Positions 47,800-57,703 of a DNA stretch of 64,000 nucleotides are shown here, in pieces. Source of the stretch: a virus; the IMG/VR virus record IMGVR_UViG_3300027976_000006, positions 64,001 through 128,000 of that record. One strand, 5' to 3'. Made by a program: the position numbers and the translations under genes. Under the pieces are notes generated by a model. The model searched no databases and had not been told where the DNA came from. It saw nothing but the letters and a program-made list of their open reading frames with translations. How positions within the stretch are numbered: position 1 is the first letter of the stretch; every line of letters starts with the position of its first letter.

Positions 47800-48898
47800 T
47801 ATTACTTATGAGCAAGGGTTGCAGTTACTGGCGGCTCGAAAGCAGGCTTTTGACTCGGGGCGTATCCGTCGTATGTCTAAAGAGGCAATGGCTACTTCCT
47901 TTTATTTGCGCGACATCGGTACAGATTTTTTAGGGAAGGTAGCAGAATCTGGTTTGCTCGATTCTTTAAAATCCGGATTTGGAAGTTTAGGATCTATGGA
48001 TGCTTCTACGCGTAATGTGCTGTTATCGGGGTTAGCCGGTGCTGGCGTTGGGGCAGGCACAAATGCGGCATCCTCCCTACTGAAAGGCGAAGAAGGGGTA
48101 GGCTGGAAAGCGTTAACTGGTGGGTTGGCCGGTGGGGCTGTTGGGGGCGGGATTGGTTTGGCGCTTAACCCGGATATACTAAGCAAATTTGTTGACAAAA
48201 ATCAAAACGGGCCACCCGATTCTACCCCTCCAAATAGAAATTCGCAAGTAGCTGCGGCTATAAAAAGCAGATCCCCAGCAGAACAGTTAGCGGAAATAGA
48301 CAAGTTACAAGGTGTGGCAGACAGCAGTATGCCAGAAATTAAAAGCTACGCGGCACATGGGGCAAACGTGGCGGCGGGTGGCGCTGCTGGTGCCTATGTG
48401 GCAACTAGAGCTACATATAATCCTGATGACATTGCACATAAGCTACGCACCGAGCTACACATGGCAGACCCTAGCAACACTCACACCTACGAGCGGTTTC
48501 ATCGTGGAATGACAGCCCCAGACCTCGGCGTAATTGACGACGTAGCCCGCGCCAAACTTAGAGATGACATGCTTAAAATGACTCGCGATCAGTTTAGAGA
48601 TGCATATGTGCCTAAATCTCGGTTTGGGCGTATTCCTTCTACTTTTGCGAGTAATTTACATACAGCTGCCCCTAACATGGCTGATGCGATTCTTAAAAAC
48701 AATACTGTAACTGGCGGTATGTTTACTGGTGCGGGCAAAATACGATCGGGCAAGGCAGGTATACTGGCGGCACTAGCCGGACTCGTTGCGGCAGGGGCTG
48801 GGACTATACGCCACAACTACAATCAAAATAATGCAGAACGCAGCAATGCACAAGAAACATTAAAATCGTTAGCTGGTCTTACTAAGCAACAGCAGTAA
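47777..48898 (+). CDS. Cys-free glycine-zipper virion/ejection protein
   Basis: KVA then GLAGAGVGAG, GGLAGGAVGGGIG. Confidence 0.65.
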   Translation: MAALSLSSITYEQGLQLLAARKQAFDSGRIRRMSKEAMATSFYLRDIGTDFLGKVAESGLLDSLKSGFGSLGSMDASTRNVLLSGLAGAGVGAGTNAASSLLKGEEGVGWKALTGGLAGGAVGGGIGLALNPDILSKFVDKNQNGPPDSTPPNRNSQVAAAIKSRSPAEQLAEIDKLQGVADSSMPEIKSYAAHGANVAAGGAAGAYVATRATYNPDDIAHKLRTELHMADPSNTHTYERFHRGMTAPDLGVIDDVARAKLRDDMLKMTRDQFRDAYVPKSRFGRIPSTFASNLHTAAPNMADAILKNNTVTGGMFTGAGKIRSGKAGILAALAGLVAAGAGTIRHNYNQNNAERSNAQETLKSLAGLTKQQQ

Positions 48899-48910
48899 AG
48901 GAGCAAAGCC

Positions 48911-50389
48911 ATGGCGTTAATTAAACTTGTTTCTCCTGCTGGTTGGGACTTTGATCAGCAAATTGTTTCTCCGATTAAAGTGAGTAGCCGTGGATTGATT
49001 GGTAACGATCGTCAAGAGTTTTTAAAACGGGCTAGTCATTCTTTTTTGGACCAGTTAGATAATGTTAAATTTGCCTCAGACGAAGTTCCTGTGCATTTAA
49101 TCGCATTAGGTGCAAGTGAAGCTTATGGCCCCAATAGAAACGGTGATGGGTTTAAAGAAGCCACTTGTCGCGAGCATCATGACACCTTTGTTAAATTTGC
49201 CAAATTTTTTCGCAATCATAAAAACAAGGCCGAGCGAGGCGATCCTTTCTATGGTGTGGTTAAAGCTTCTGCTTATAACGAAGATATGCGACGGGTAGAA
49301 TTGCTTTGTGCTTTAAACGCAAGCAAAGCAGCCGCGGATCGGAATGGTGGTTTTATTGCAGATACCGAGTTAGAAAAGATTGCGAAAGGCGAAGACATAG
49401 GCGTAAGCATGGCGTGCCGTGTTTCCCATGACGTTTGTTCTTTTTGCAAGCACGCAGCTAAAACACGAGACGAATACTGTACAAGAGAAAAGTGTGCAGC
49501 GGGTGGGTGCAAGGAAAATCTCACTAAGCTAGTAAAAGTCGGTAATGATGTGCATCATTTGCATGTCGACAATCCCAACCCAGTTTGGTTTGACATCAGC
49601 CGAGTTTTTCGCCCCGCGGATCGTATTGCTTATGGCACCCGTGCAGATTACCTAACCAAAGCAGCCGCAGATTCCGGCATATTCGAACTGCAGGATTACA
49701 TCAAATTAGCTTCGGCTTCTACTGCTCCTCTGGCTGTCATTTTGTACCAAGCGGGGCACCACGGTTTATGGTCGGAAAAAAATACTGCCCAAGTTAAATT
49801 AGGATATGGGCTTGCTGCTCTTGAAAAATTTGCAGAAATGCTGGATGCTAATACTTACCGAGCCGTAGTAACCTCTGCTTTTCCTATAGAAAGGCTGGCA
49901 AAATTAGGTTCGGCACACTGTGATAAGCAGTTAGCCGCGTTGGCAGATAATAAAATATTTTTAACATTGTATGATTATGCACGATTGGCAGGACAAGAAA
50001 AGTACATGAAAGCTGCAGCCGCGATACTCCCCGAAATATATACGCTAATGGCCGAGGATGAATCCTTGCCTTTAGCAATTGAGCGCGGGGTCGGCTCAAT
50101 TGGCGATAAAACAGCTAATGAAAGTGCTAGGGCGTTTGCTGCCACGTTGACGGCGAGTCATTCGTTTCACCGAGTGGCAGCGGAAGACCGAAACCTTTTG
50201 AGCTGTATACGTGGGCAGGCTGCTCCTACGATCTGGCAAAAGGCAGCTGCATATAATTTGGAAGGCGAAAGCCTAGCCAAGGAGTATGCAATGTATAAGC
50301 TAGCAGGGTTATGGCGATTGGCTGCACTAGACAACGACTTTACTTCAACAGTCAAGTTAAGTCTTAAGCAGAATAGAATATTTAACTAG
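48911..50389 (+). CDS. prohead maturation protease (HK97/assemblin fold) with KxA-rich C-terminal region
   Basis: NRNGDGF, FFRNH (His), GVSMAC (Ser), CSFC insert, FDISRV..PAD; upstream of scaffold and capsid genes. Confidence 0.7.
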   Translation: MALIKLVSPAGWDFDQQIVSPIKVSSRGLIGNDRQEFLKRASHSFLDQLDNVKFASDEVPVHLIALGASEAYGPNRNGDGFKEATCREHHDTFVKFAKFFRNHKNKAERGDPFYGVVKASAYNEDMRRVELLCALNASKAAADRNGGFIADTELEKIAKGEDIGVSMACRVSHDVCSFCKHAAKTRDEYCTREKCAAGGCKENLTKLVKVGNDVHHLHVDNPNPVWFDISRVFRPADRIAYGTRADYLTKAAADSGIFELQDYIKLASASTAPLAVILYQAGHHGLWSEKNTAQVKLGYGLAALEKFAEMLDANTYRAVVTSAFPIERLAKLGSAHCDKQLAALADNKIFLTLYDYARLAGQEKYMKAAAAILPEIYTLMAEDESLPLAIERGVGSIGDKTANESARAFAATLTASHSFHRVAAEDRNLLSCIRGQAAPTIWQKAAAYNLEGESLAKEYAMYKLAGLWRLAALDNDFTSTVKLSLKQNRIFN

Positions 50390-50429
50390 GTCATCGGAAC
50401 TCGGTGCCGTTTTCAAGGAGTACATCTAA

Positions 50430-51683
50430 ATGGCGACAACAGTTAAGACTCAAATAGACTCTATTGATCGATTTCTAAAAGCCGTAGGCTATTCTGAAAA
50501 GAATGCCGAGGCGAACACAGAGGCAGGTTCAATTGGTGGAGACACCACCCATCCTATTAAAGATGTGGATGATTCCACAGAAGACGCAACAGAAGGTTTC
50601 CGTTCTACCGAAAACACAGCAGATGTTAAGGCCGACCAAGGTCCTGCTTCTGTTGAAAATGCTAAAAAGGCTGCAGCTAGAAAACGTGCTTCGGTGCGTA
50701 AACGAGCCGATGAACACGATCCTAACGGGTCGGCCTCGGATGATCAAATACAGATTGGTACTAACAAAAAACCAACAGGGGAAGATCCTTCAGTGGAAAC
50801 TTCCTCAGTAAAATCAGAAAAAGAAGATACCGACACGGCACATCCGGCTAGCACTGACAATAGTGAATTAGACGGCAACAAGTATGCCTCTATGTCAACG
50901 GCACAGCTTTACAAGATTTCAAATGATCTTGGGAATCGTGTTCTTGTTGCGCTGACAAAATTTGCCGACAAGGCCGATTTTATGGATGATGACGACTCTG
51001 ACCGCAACGACTCTGAATCTGAATCTGACTCTGAAGTCACAGAAGAAAAAGATGCAGTAGACCTTGCTGGGCAAGCTGGTTGGGAACTTGCAGGTTTGTT
51101 AAGCGGTAAGTTTGACAAACGTGCTGCCGACTCGCTTGTATATTCAACTTTAAGCGAAATTATCAAGACTGCTAACGACGATGCAGATAAAGCTGCAGTT
51201 TACTTGCAGAGCTATCACACTGAATTGCGTAAGCAAGCTGAGGGAGAGGAAGAAGCCGCTTTAGCCGCCATGGGCGGTGGTGGCGGTGACGAGGCTGCTT
51301 TAGCACAAGCTATGATGGATGGTGGCGGTATGGGCGATGGCGGTATGGGCGATGTCGGTATGGGCGATGGTGGTGGTGCTGGCGGTATGGGTGACGGCGG
51401 CGGCGACGGTGCTGACGGTGGTGGTGATGTAGAACAATTAGCCGCTATCTTAGATCAACTTGGCATTTCTCCTGAAGAGTTAGAGGCTGCTATGTCTGAG
51501 CATGGCTCCGAAGGTGCTGGTGCTGGGCAGCCAGACGCAATGGCTTCTGCCCCGCCTTCTCCTGATGAAGAACCTAAAATGGAGGTTGAAGCGGCACATA
51601 AACAAGCAGTAGCTAAAAAGGGGGCGGCGTCTAAAAATGTGCGGGATTACATTCAGGAAGTTCTGGAGCGTTCCCGCCGTTAA
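50430..51683 (+). CDS. acidic scaffold/core protein
   Basis: Very acidic, dense KxA, MGDGG repeats, between protease and capsid genes. Confidence 0.6.
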   Translation: MATTVKTQIDSIDRFLKAVGYSEKNAEANTEAGSIGGDTTHPIKDVDDSTEDATEGFRSTENTADVKADQGPASVENAKKAAARKRASVRKRADEHDPNGSASDDQIQIGTNKKPTGEDPSVETSSVKSEKEDTDTAHPASTDNSELDGNKYASMSTAQLYKISNDLGNRVLVALTKFADKADFMDDDDSDRNDSESESDSEVTEEKDAVDLAGQAGWELAGLLSGKFDKRAADSLVYSTLSEIIKTANDDADKAAVYLQSYHTELRKQAEGEEEAALAAMGGGGGDEAALAQAMMDGGGMGDGGMGDVGMGDGGGAGGMGDGGGDGADGGGDVEQLAAILDQLGISPEELEAAMSEHGSEGAGAGQPDAMASAPPSPDEEPKMEVEAAHKQAVAKKGAASKNVRDYIQEVLERSRR

Positions 51684-51725
51684 TTTTTTTTTTTGTTTGA
51701 ATCTTATTTTTGGAGGATTTGCACA

Positions 51726-52166
51726 GTGAACACAAAAACCGCGGCCATGCTTGTCGAATACATTGCCTCTGCCTCGACATTAACCGAACGTTTGTTAAAA
51801 CAAGCACACATACAATATGAACACAACAAGCAGGCTGCCTCCAGGCGGAGTGCTGTTCTTGCTCGACTAGAGCAGACTGGGTGTATTGCCCCGCATCAAA
51901 AACAGGCAGCTGCTGCGATGCTGGATAATCATGCCCATAGTTTAGACTTATTAAGCAATGCCATTGATAAGGTGCAGCAACTTAAAACTGCTGTAGAAAA
52001 AACCGGCACTGACCTCGGACAAGCTGTTTCGGACAGAGAAGCAGGCATTAAGCCCGCTAACAAAGGCCGTAACAGTTTAAATGACCCATATGTGGGCCGA
52101 CGTACTTCTGAAAAGAAGGCATCGGATATAGCGATTTGGGCGGTTATGGACGCCCCTGGTTATTAA
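51726..52166 (+). CDS. small scaffold-like helical protein
   Basis: GGAGG RBS then GTG; KTA, KQA x3, KKA. Confidence 0.55.
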   Translation: MNTKTAAMLVEYIASASTLTERLLKQAHIQYEHNKQAASRRSAVLARLEQTGCIAPHQKQAAAAMLDNHAHSLDLLSNAIDKVQQLKTAVEKTGTDLGQAVSDREAGIKPANKGRNSLNDPYVGRRTSEKKASDIAIWAVMDAPGY

Positions 52167-52220
52167 TTTTAACACTAAAGACTCGTTTGAGTCTTAAACA
52201 CAAGTCTTAGGAGGACGATT

Positions 52221-52751
52221 ATGGCTGCTCCACGGCAAATGACTGCCAACACCCTTAACGCGTTAAAGGGTTGGCCCCAGATGAACGCAGTAGACTACGC
52301 AACATCAATTGATGCGTCTGTAACTACTGTTGTCCCAGCTGGTTCGGTGGTTTCGTTAAATTCATCTGGTAAATTCATTCTTGGTGTAGGCAATCTTAAA
52401 GTAATGCCTATGTTTCTTTTTGCCAATTCGGATGATCCAGATATTACCAATGACGGTGGAGATGCCTCCACTGTTAAAGGCGTATTTATTCCGATAGGCC
52501 CAACTGGACAAGCTTTGGCTCTGGTAGCAACTGGGGCATACGAGTTGGTAAGTACCACTTATGTCTCTGGTTCTTACGCTCCAAACGCTGCCTTAACTTC
52601 TGCGACGACTGGTGCAAATGCCGGTAAACTTGCAGCAGGCACGATGTATACCAATATGATTGTTGGTATAGTTTCCCGCGGTGTTGTAGACAATGGTTAC
52701 GGCAAGAATGCTTTAGCATTTTGGCCTTGCCCCGTGTTCCCTACTGCTTAA
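52221..52751 (+). CDS. capsid decoration/cement protein
   Basis: Small beta-rich protein directly upstream of MCP; AGGAGG RBS. Confidence 0.6.
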   Translation: MAAPRQMTANTLNALKGWPQMNAVDYATSIDASVTTVVPAGSVVSLNSSGKFILGVGNLKVMPMFLFANSDDPDITNDGGDASTVKGVFIPIGPTGQALALVATGAYELVSTTYVSGSYAPNAALTSATTGANAGKLAAGTMYTNMIVGIVSRGVVDNGYGKNALAFWPCPVFPTA

Positions 52752-52813
52752 TTTTTAAATATTAACTCAATCTAACCACAAGTTTGATTGATACCACAAG
52801 GAGGTTTTTACGC

Positions 52814-53761
52814 ATGTCTAATTCCAATACTATGACTCAAGAAGAAAGCAAACTTCTTAGTCAGACAATTTTTGAAAAGTTGGCTTCTAGGGACTCTGGT
52901 CTTGAAAAGCAAGCCGTTGACGCCGTTAACGACTTTACTAGAACTAAGATGCGCGAAGATGGATTTTATCGTAGGATTATGCCGCCGATTCCATTAAGCA
53001 ACGATGATCTTGATCGCCAAGTCGATACGGACAAACCTGTAAAGATTGTGGACAAGGAACCTGATAGTCCAGCGGCTATCTCAATTCCTTTTGCCACGCT
53101 TCCCACTAACCTGTACATTCGTGGTGACAGGTACAAAGTTACTTTTGACCGCATCGTGACCCCTAAATTCACGAAAGATGTGGACGAACTTCGTACTTGG
53201 CACATGGACATCCGCCAAATTTTGTCGGACAATGCCATTAAGGATATGCTAGCGGAAGAAGATGGAAAATTTATTTCTGCGGTCAACACCGCTCTAGTTG
53301 GTGCAGAAACAATTGTTCCTACCTCTGGCGTAATCCAGTACAAGCAGCTTGGTGGTGGCGTCACCCGTGGCAACTTGTGGGATAGCTTCAAGATTATGCC
53401 AAGCACGCCTTCTAATCTGGAAGTTCACTCTGTCCTGCTTAATAACATCACGATTAAAGAAGTTGCAAAACTTAATCGTACTGAGATGGGCGGCGACCTT
53501 AGCGAAGAGATTATGCGTAATGGTTGGACTTACAGTGAATTCATGGGAGTTCAGTGGATCATCACAATTAAGAAGGGACTTGTCCCGACTAACACGATGT
53601 ATCATTTCGCAGACCCTAAATTTATTGGCAAGAGCTATATGATAGAAGACACTACGATGTATATCCGTCGTGAAGCGTATTTTATCGAATTTTTTGCCTA
53701 TGAAACTTTGGGTGGCACCATTGGGCATACCTCCGGTCTTGCTCGGGTTGACTTTACCTAA
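52814..53761 (+). CDS. major capsid protein (HK97 fold)
   Basis: AAGGAGG RBS; short leader ending EKQA, then FTRTKMREDGFYRRIMP..EEDGKF; strong terminator follows. Confidence 0.75.
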   Translation: MSNSNTMTQEESKLLSQTIFEKLASRDSGLEKQAVDAVNDFTRTKMREDGFYRRIMPPIPLSNDDLDRQVDTDKPVKIVDKEPDSPAAISIPFATLPTNLYIRGDRYKVTFDRIVTPKFTKDVDELRTWHMDIRQILSDNAIKDMLAEEDGKFISAVNTALVGAETIVPTSGVIQYKQLGGGVTRGNLWDSFKIMPSTPSNLEVHSVLLNNITIKEVAKLNRTEMGGDLSEEIMRNGWTYSEFMGVQWIITIKKGLVPTNTMYHFADPKFIGKSYMIEDTTMYIRREAYFIEFFAYETLGGTIGHTSGLARVDFT

Positions 53762-53769
53762 TCACAAGT

Positions 53770-53807
53770 CTAAGTTAGCCCTGGACTGCTGGGGCTAACT
53801 TAGTTTT
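53770..53807 (+). terminator. terminator after MCP
   Basis: 12-bp stem CTAAGTTAGCCC/GGGCTAACTTAG then TTTT. Confidence 0.75.
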
Positions 53808-53833
53808 AAAATCCAGAATTGGAGTAATGAATT

Positions 53834-54217
53834 ATGTCTAAGCTTCCTAATCCTACTGACGCTTACAACTATTTGTTTAACAAGGTGCATGCTCAAGTAT
53901 TTTTGAACAAATTAGCCAGTTACGGTATTACCCCTAGTACCGAACAGGAAGTTTCAGATTTATTTGAACTTGCCGGACAACTGCGACATATCGAAAGCCC
54001 CGAAAAGCAAGCTGCAGAGGGTAGCCGTTTTGGCTCCGCCGTAGCTGGACTTAACGAGGCTATAAATGCGACCCCTCAAGGTCAATGGCAGCAAGCAGTA
54101 TATGAAGATTCCGCAGTAAAGCAGGCAACTTATGATTTAGCAAATGACCCTGCTATCTATGCTTCCATCCTTTCGTTGAAAGCGCACGAAGCCGCTGTTT
54201 TGGCTGGTAACAGCTAA
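53834..54217 (+). CDS. small head protein with KxA sites
   Basis: KLA, KQA x2. Confidence 0.6.
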   Translation: MSKLPNPTDAYNYLFNKVHAQVFLNKLASYGITPSTEQEVSDLFELAGQLRHIESPEKQAAEGSRFGSAVAGLNEAINATPQGQWQQAVYEDSAVKQATYDLANDPAIYASILSLKAHEAAVLAGNS

Positions 54218-54259
54218 GCCAGTTACTTCAAAAAACTTTCTATAAAAGTATGCAATTTA

Positions 54260-54294
54260 AGATCGACTGGTTACAATAAACCGGTCGATTTTTT
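54260..54294 (+). terminator. terminator
   Basis: ATCGACTGGTT/AACCGGTCGAT stem then T-run. Confidence 0.65.
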
Positions 54295-54307
54295 ATTTTA
54301 GAAAGTA

Positions 54308-55534
54308 GTGCTTATGAAATTAAGTCTGTTCACTCCTACGCATAAACCCACTTACCTAGTTAAAGCGTATGACTCGTTGAAAGCACAGACGCTTACTGAT
54401 TGGGAATGGGTTATTCTACCCAACGGCCCAGATGCTAAAATCCCCGAAATTATACAGAATGATGTAAGGGTAAAGATAATAACTACTGGCGATAATTCAC
54501 ACAACATAGGGGCGCTAAAGCGGGCTGTGTGTGATGCGGCAACAGGCGATGCGTTTATTGAGTTTGACCACGATGATTTGCTAGTGCCGGGAGAAAGTCT
54601 GCAAAAAATCCATGACAAATTCGAGGAGGGTGCCGGTTTTGTTTATTCAGATGCCGCCGTATTTAAGCACAAAGGTAATTCGGAATTTAATCCATTTACT
54701 TATTCTGCCCAATACGGCTGGCAAGATTACGAAATTAATGCGTATGGGCATAACCTGCGGGCTAGCCGTTGCTTTCCTGTGTCTCCTCGTTCTTTAGCTG
54801 AGATTTATTATTGTCCAGACCATGTGCGATGTTGGTCCCGTGCTGCTTATTACAAGGCTGGCGGGCATAACCCTGATTTGTCTGTTTGTGACGATCACGA
54901 GTTGATGATTAAAACCTACATAAGCGGGGCTAACTTTGAACACACCGGCGGATGTCATTACTTGTACCGAATGTTTGAGCATAATACAGTGTGGGCTAGG
55001 AACAACTTAATTCAAGAAACCACGTTAAAATTACGACAGCAATATGTACAGCAGTTAATTCAGTCTTGGTTAACCCGGAATAACTTGCCTTCACTGGACA
55101 TCACGCAGCTACGCACTGAAGGGTGGAAAGCAGATACGCAATTGTTACAAGGGTTTGGTCATAATATGTATGGGCACATAGTAGCTGACACCGAGTTACA
55201 GTGGTGGGCAGGCCGACAAGTAAGGGAATTCATGAACGTGGCTTATGCTGCTTTAATCCCAGGTGGCTATCTAACGATTACAGTACCAGAGGTAAAGTCT
55301 GGAATGGGTTATGGCGACGTGGAGTGGCAATCGTATTTCAGCAACACAAGTATGTGCCCATACACGCGCAGTAACTTTGCGAAAAGTAATGGGAATATCA
55401 CTTGCAGATTTCAGCAAATTAATTGTTTGGAAGTTTTTCCTTCAGATTGGCACAAAGAGAATAAGTTTAAATTTTTACGCTTCGAGCTTGTGGCTTTAAA
55501 AGGGCAAAGACACCCGGGATTACAACATATTTAA
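54308..55534 (+). CDS. GT2 glycosyltransferase fused to methyltransferase-like domain
   Basis: FTPTH, QTLTDWEWV, FDHDD, DDHEL, LYR; C-terminal ALIPGGYLTITVP. Confidence 0.8.
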   Translation: MLMKLSLFTPTHKPTYLVKAYDSLKAQTLTDWEWVILPNGPDAKIPEIIQNDVRVKIITTGDNSHNIGALKRAVCDAATGDAFIEFDHDDLLVPGESLQKIHDKFEEGAGFVYSDAAVFKHKGNSEFNPFTYSAQYGWQDYEINAYGHNLRASRCFPVSPRSLAEIYYCPDHVRCWSRAAYYKAGGHNPDLSVCDDHELMIKTYISGANFEHTGGCHYLYRMFEHNTVWARNNLIQETTLKLRQQYVQQLIQSWLTRNNLPSLDITQLRTEGWKADTQLLQGFGHNMYGHIVADTELQWWAGRQVREFMNVAYAALIPGGYLTITVPEVKSGMGYGDVEWQSYFSNTSMCPYTRSNFAKSNGNITCRFQQINCLEVFPSDWHKENKFKFLRFELVALKGQRHPGLQHI

Positions 55535-55595
55535 GCTACTACTATTTAGATTTCTTGTTTAACCGCTTACAATATTTTAAAAGGAGTATGCGAAT

Positions 55596-56546
55596 ATGCC
55601 AAATGAAAGCACTAATCAAAACAGCCTTACGCCAAAACAAACTTTGGTAGACGGTTGTCCTGTGCTGGCCAAAATCCAGTGTCACGAAATCCAAATGGGT
55701 CAATACGCTCGTTTGTTGTGGAATTTAAAAACTCCGCAGGGAACTCTTGTCGATTTAGCTGGGGTTGCTGGCTGCTCAGATAGCTTAGCAATTAGCCAAG
55801 CTGGTGTTTCTTTCGATGCCGTCGGTAACCCTCCTTGTGGAGTTACGCTGCGTATGCGGGAGTTGACCGGAATTGATCCGGTTAACGATTTGATTTATTC
55901 CATAGATACCACCATTATCAATCCCGCTACCGGATTGGTTCGAGCTGCGCCGCTACCTGATGCCATTGTTCGAAATCCTGGAGTTTATCTGGAAGAGTGG
56001 GCAGTATTTGATTTTAACGGCAACATGCTGTTTAGTAACCAAAGCTGTGCCTTCGTACGCCGTGGATTATTCGGTGTCGATGCAGATATGACAAAGCGAA
56101 TTCTCGGGCCCCCTACGATTGAAGAAATAAGATTGTCTATGCGGGACAACGGGCCAGCGGATAACTCACTGTTAGACGATGTGGAGTTTGATGCGGCTGA
56201 AATCACGCAAGCTGTTTTGCGCCCAATTATGTACTGGAATGAAACACCACCTCCTATCCAGCCTTTGCTTACCACTAAAACATTTCCTTTTCGAGAGATG
56301 TGGATGGTAGGTATTCAATCTTATCTGTTTGATATGGTGTCTAGCCATTATCGCCGTAATCAACTTGCTTATAACGCAGGCGGTCTATCTATTGACGACA
56401 AAAATAAAGAGCAGCAATATAGAGCAGCCAGCAACCAACTCACTCAGCAGTTTCGCGAAATGTTACGAGCCAAGAAAATGGAAATTAATATTGGATTGTT
56501 TTCTGGGTCATTAAATTCAAGTTATTCTGGTGTGTTTTATTCTTAG
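55596..56546 (+). CDS. neck/head-tail adaptor protein
   Basis: Position after capsid; WNETPP, RNQLAYNAGGLSIDD. Confidence 0.5.
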   Translation: MPNESTNQNSLTPKQTLVDGCPVLAKIQCHEIQMGQYARLLWNLKTPQGTLVDLAGVAGCSDSLAISQAGVSFDAVGNPPCGVTLRMRELTGIDPVNDLIYSIDTTIINPATGLVRAAPLPDAIVRNPGVYLEEWAVFDFNGNMLFSNQSCAFVRRGLFGVDADMTKRILGPPTIEEIRLSMRDNGPADNSLLDDVEFDAAEITQAVLRPIMYWNETPPPIQPLLTTKTFPFREMWMVGIQSYLFDMVSSHYRRNQLAYNAGGLSIDDKNKEQQYRAASNQLTQQFREMLRAKKMEINIGLFSGSLNSSYSGVFYS

Positions 56547-56562
56547 CATAGGGGCACCCAAT

Positions 56563-57432
56563 ATGCGTGATAACTGCGAAACAAATCAATGTCCTCCGTC
56601 AGATTGCTACAATGTTTTTGATATGGTACATGTCTCGTATTTGATACGAGGTGGTAGCCGTGTCATGTGGACATTGGTTGATACTTTTACAGATCCGACT
56701 CCTTGGGTATTTCAATTACAAGTCGGGCACGGTGGAACACAAACCGCCGACGACTGGGAAAATGTTGGTCTTCCTATTACAAATTCTGTCTACGCCGTTG
56801 ACCCAGGACAGGAAAATTACAGTACCGTATCATTACCCTTTTATTACCGTGTTAAGCTGACTACCTCTGTGGGGGTTTACTATTCTGACCCGACTATAAA
56901 AACTGGTATTCTTTCCGTTAAAGATTGGCGAATAGCAAAGGAAATTGTGCGGAAAGAAAAGTTACGCTTTAAGCATACTTCACAAGATGGTTATCTGTTG
57001 AAACGACGAGCAATGGGAGCAGATTGCCCTATATGCCTAGATTTTCAAACACTGGAAACTACCAACCCCTATTGCCCGCAATGCTGGGGCACCGGCAAAG
57101 AGTGTGGTTATTTTTATCCAGTTGGCTGCATCTGGGCGGATCTTTCTCCGCAATCGCAGAATATGAACATAGATAACCAAGGCATGCGGGGTACGGTGCA
57201 AGATATTAAAATAACAGCACGGATGTTAATGCTGCCTTTAATCGGAGAGCAAGATGTTTGGGTCAGTCGCAAGACAGACGATCGCTATTATATTCACGCC
57301 ATACAGCATACTACCGAAATCAGAGGCGTGCCTTTGGTGGCTACTGTAGAGTTACGCCCTGCCCCGTTTTCAGATGTGGTTTACAGAATTGCGATACCGC
57401 AGCAAGACGAATGGCTGCAATCTTTAGTCTAG
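56563..57432 (+). CDS. neck/head-closure protein with Cys cluster
   Basis: CPIC..CPQCWGTG..GY, DRYYI; neck position. Confidence 0.5.
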   Translation: MRDNCETNQCPPSDCYNVFDMVHVSYLIRGGSRVMWTLVDTFTDPTPWVFQLQVGHGGTQTADDWENVGLPITNSVYAVDPGQENYSTVSLPFYYRVKLTTSVGVYYSDPTIKTGILSVKDWRIAKEIVRKEKLRFKHTSQDGYLLKRRAMGADCPICLDFQTLETTNPYCPQCWGTGKECGYFYPVGCIWADLSPQSQNMNIDNQGMRGTVQDIKITARMLMLPLIGEQDVWVSRKTDDRYYIHAIQHTTEIRGVPLVATVELRPAPFSDVVYRIAIPQQDEWLQSLV

Positions 57433-57439
57433 GACACTT

Positions 57440-57703
57440 ATGCCATATATTCCAAGATCGCCAGCTGCCGCCCTTCCTAACTTAGAAAGCGTGCCTCGTG
57501 CCCCTTCTCGTGCAACTTCAGGAAAGCCTTCAGTCCCTTATGCTGAAACTTCTAACACGAATAAAGCTAATCCTTTAGTAGGTCGGTTAAGTATGTTAAA
57601 ATTCGATGTGCCGGCTCTTAGCATTTTAAATCACATAACAGGTAAGGAGTTTAAAGTCGATGGATACAACAGACTGGTGCCCCCCGAGCGTACCTCCTCC
57701 TGA
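57440..57703 (+). CDS. hypothetical protein
   Basis: 87 aa ORF with AGGA RBS. Confidence 0.45.
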   Translation: MPYIPRSPAAALPNLESVPRAPSRATSGKPSVPYAETSNTNKANPLVGRLSMLKFDVPALSILNHITGKEFKVDGYNRLVPPERTSS

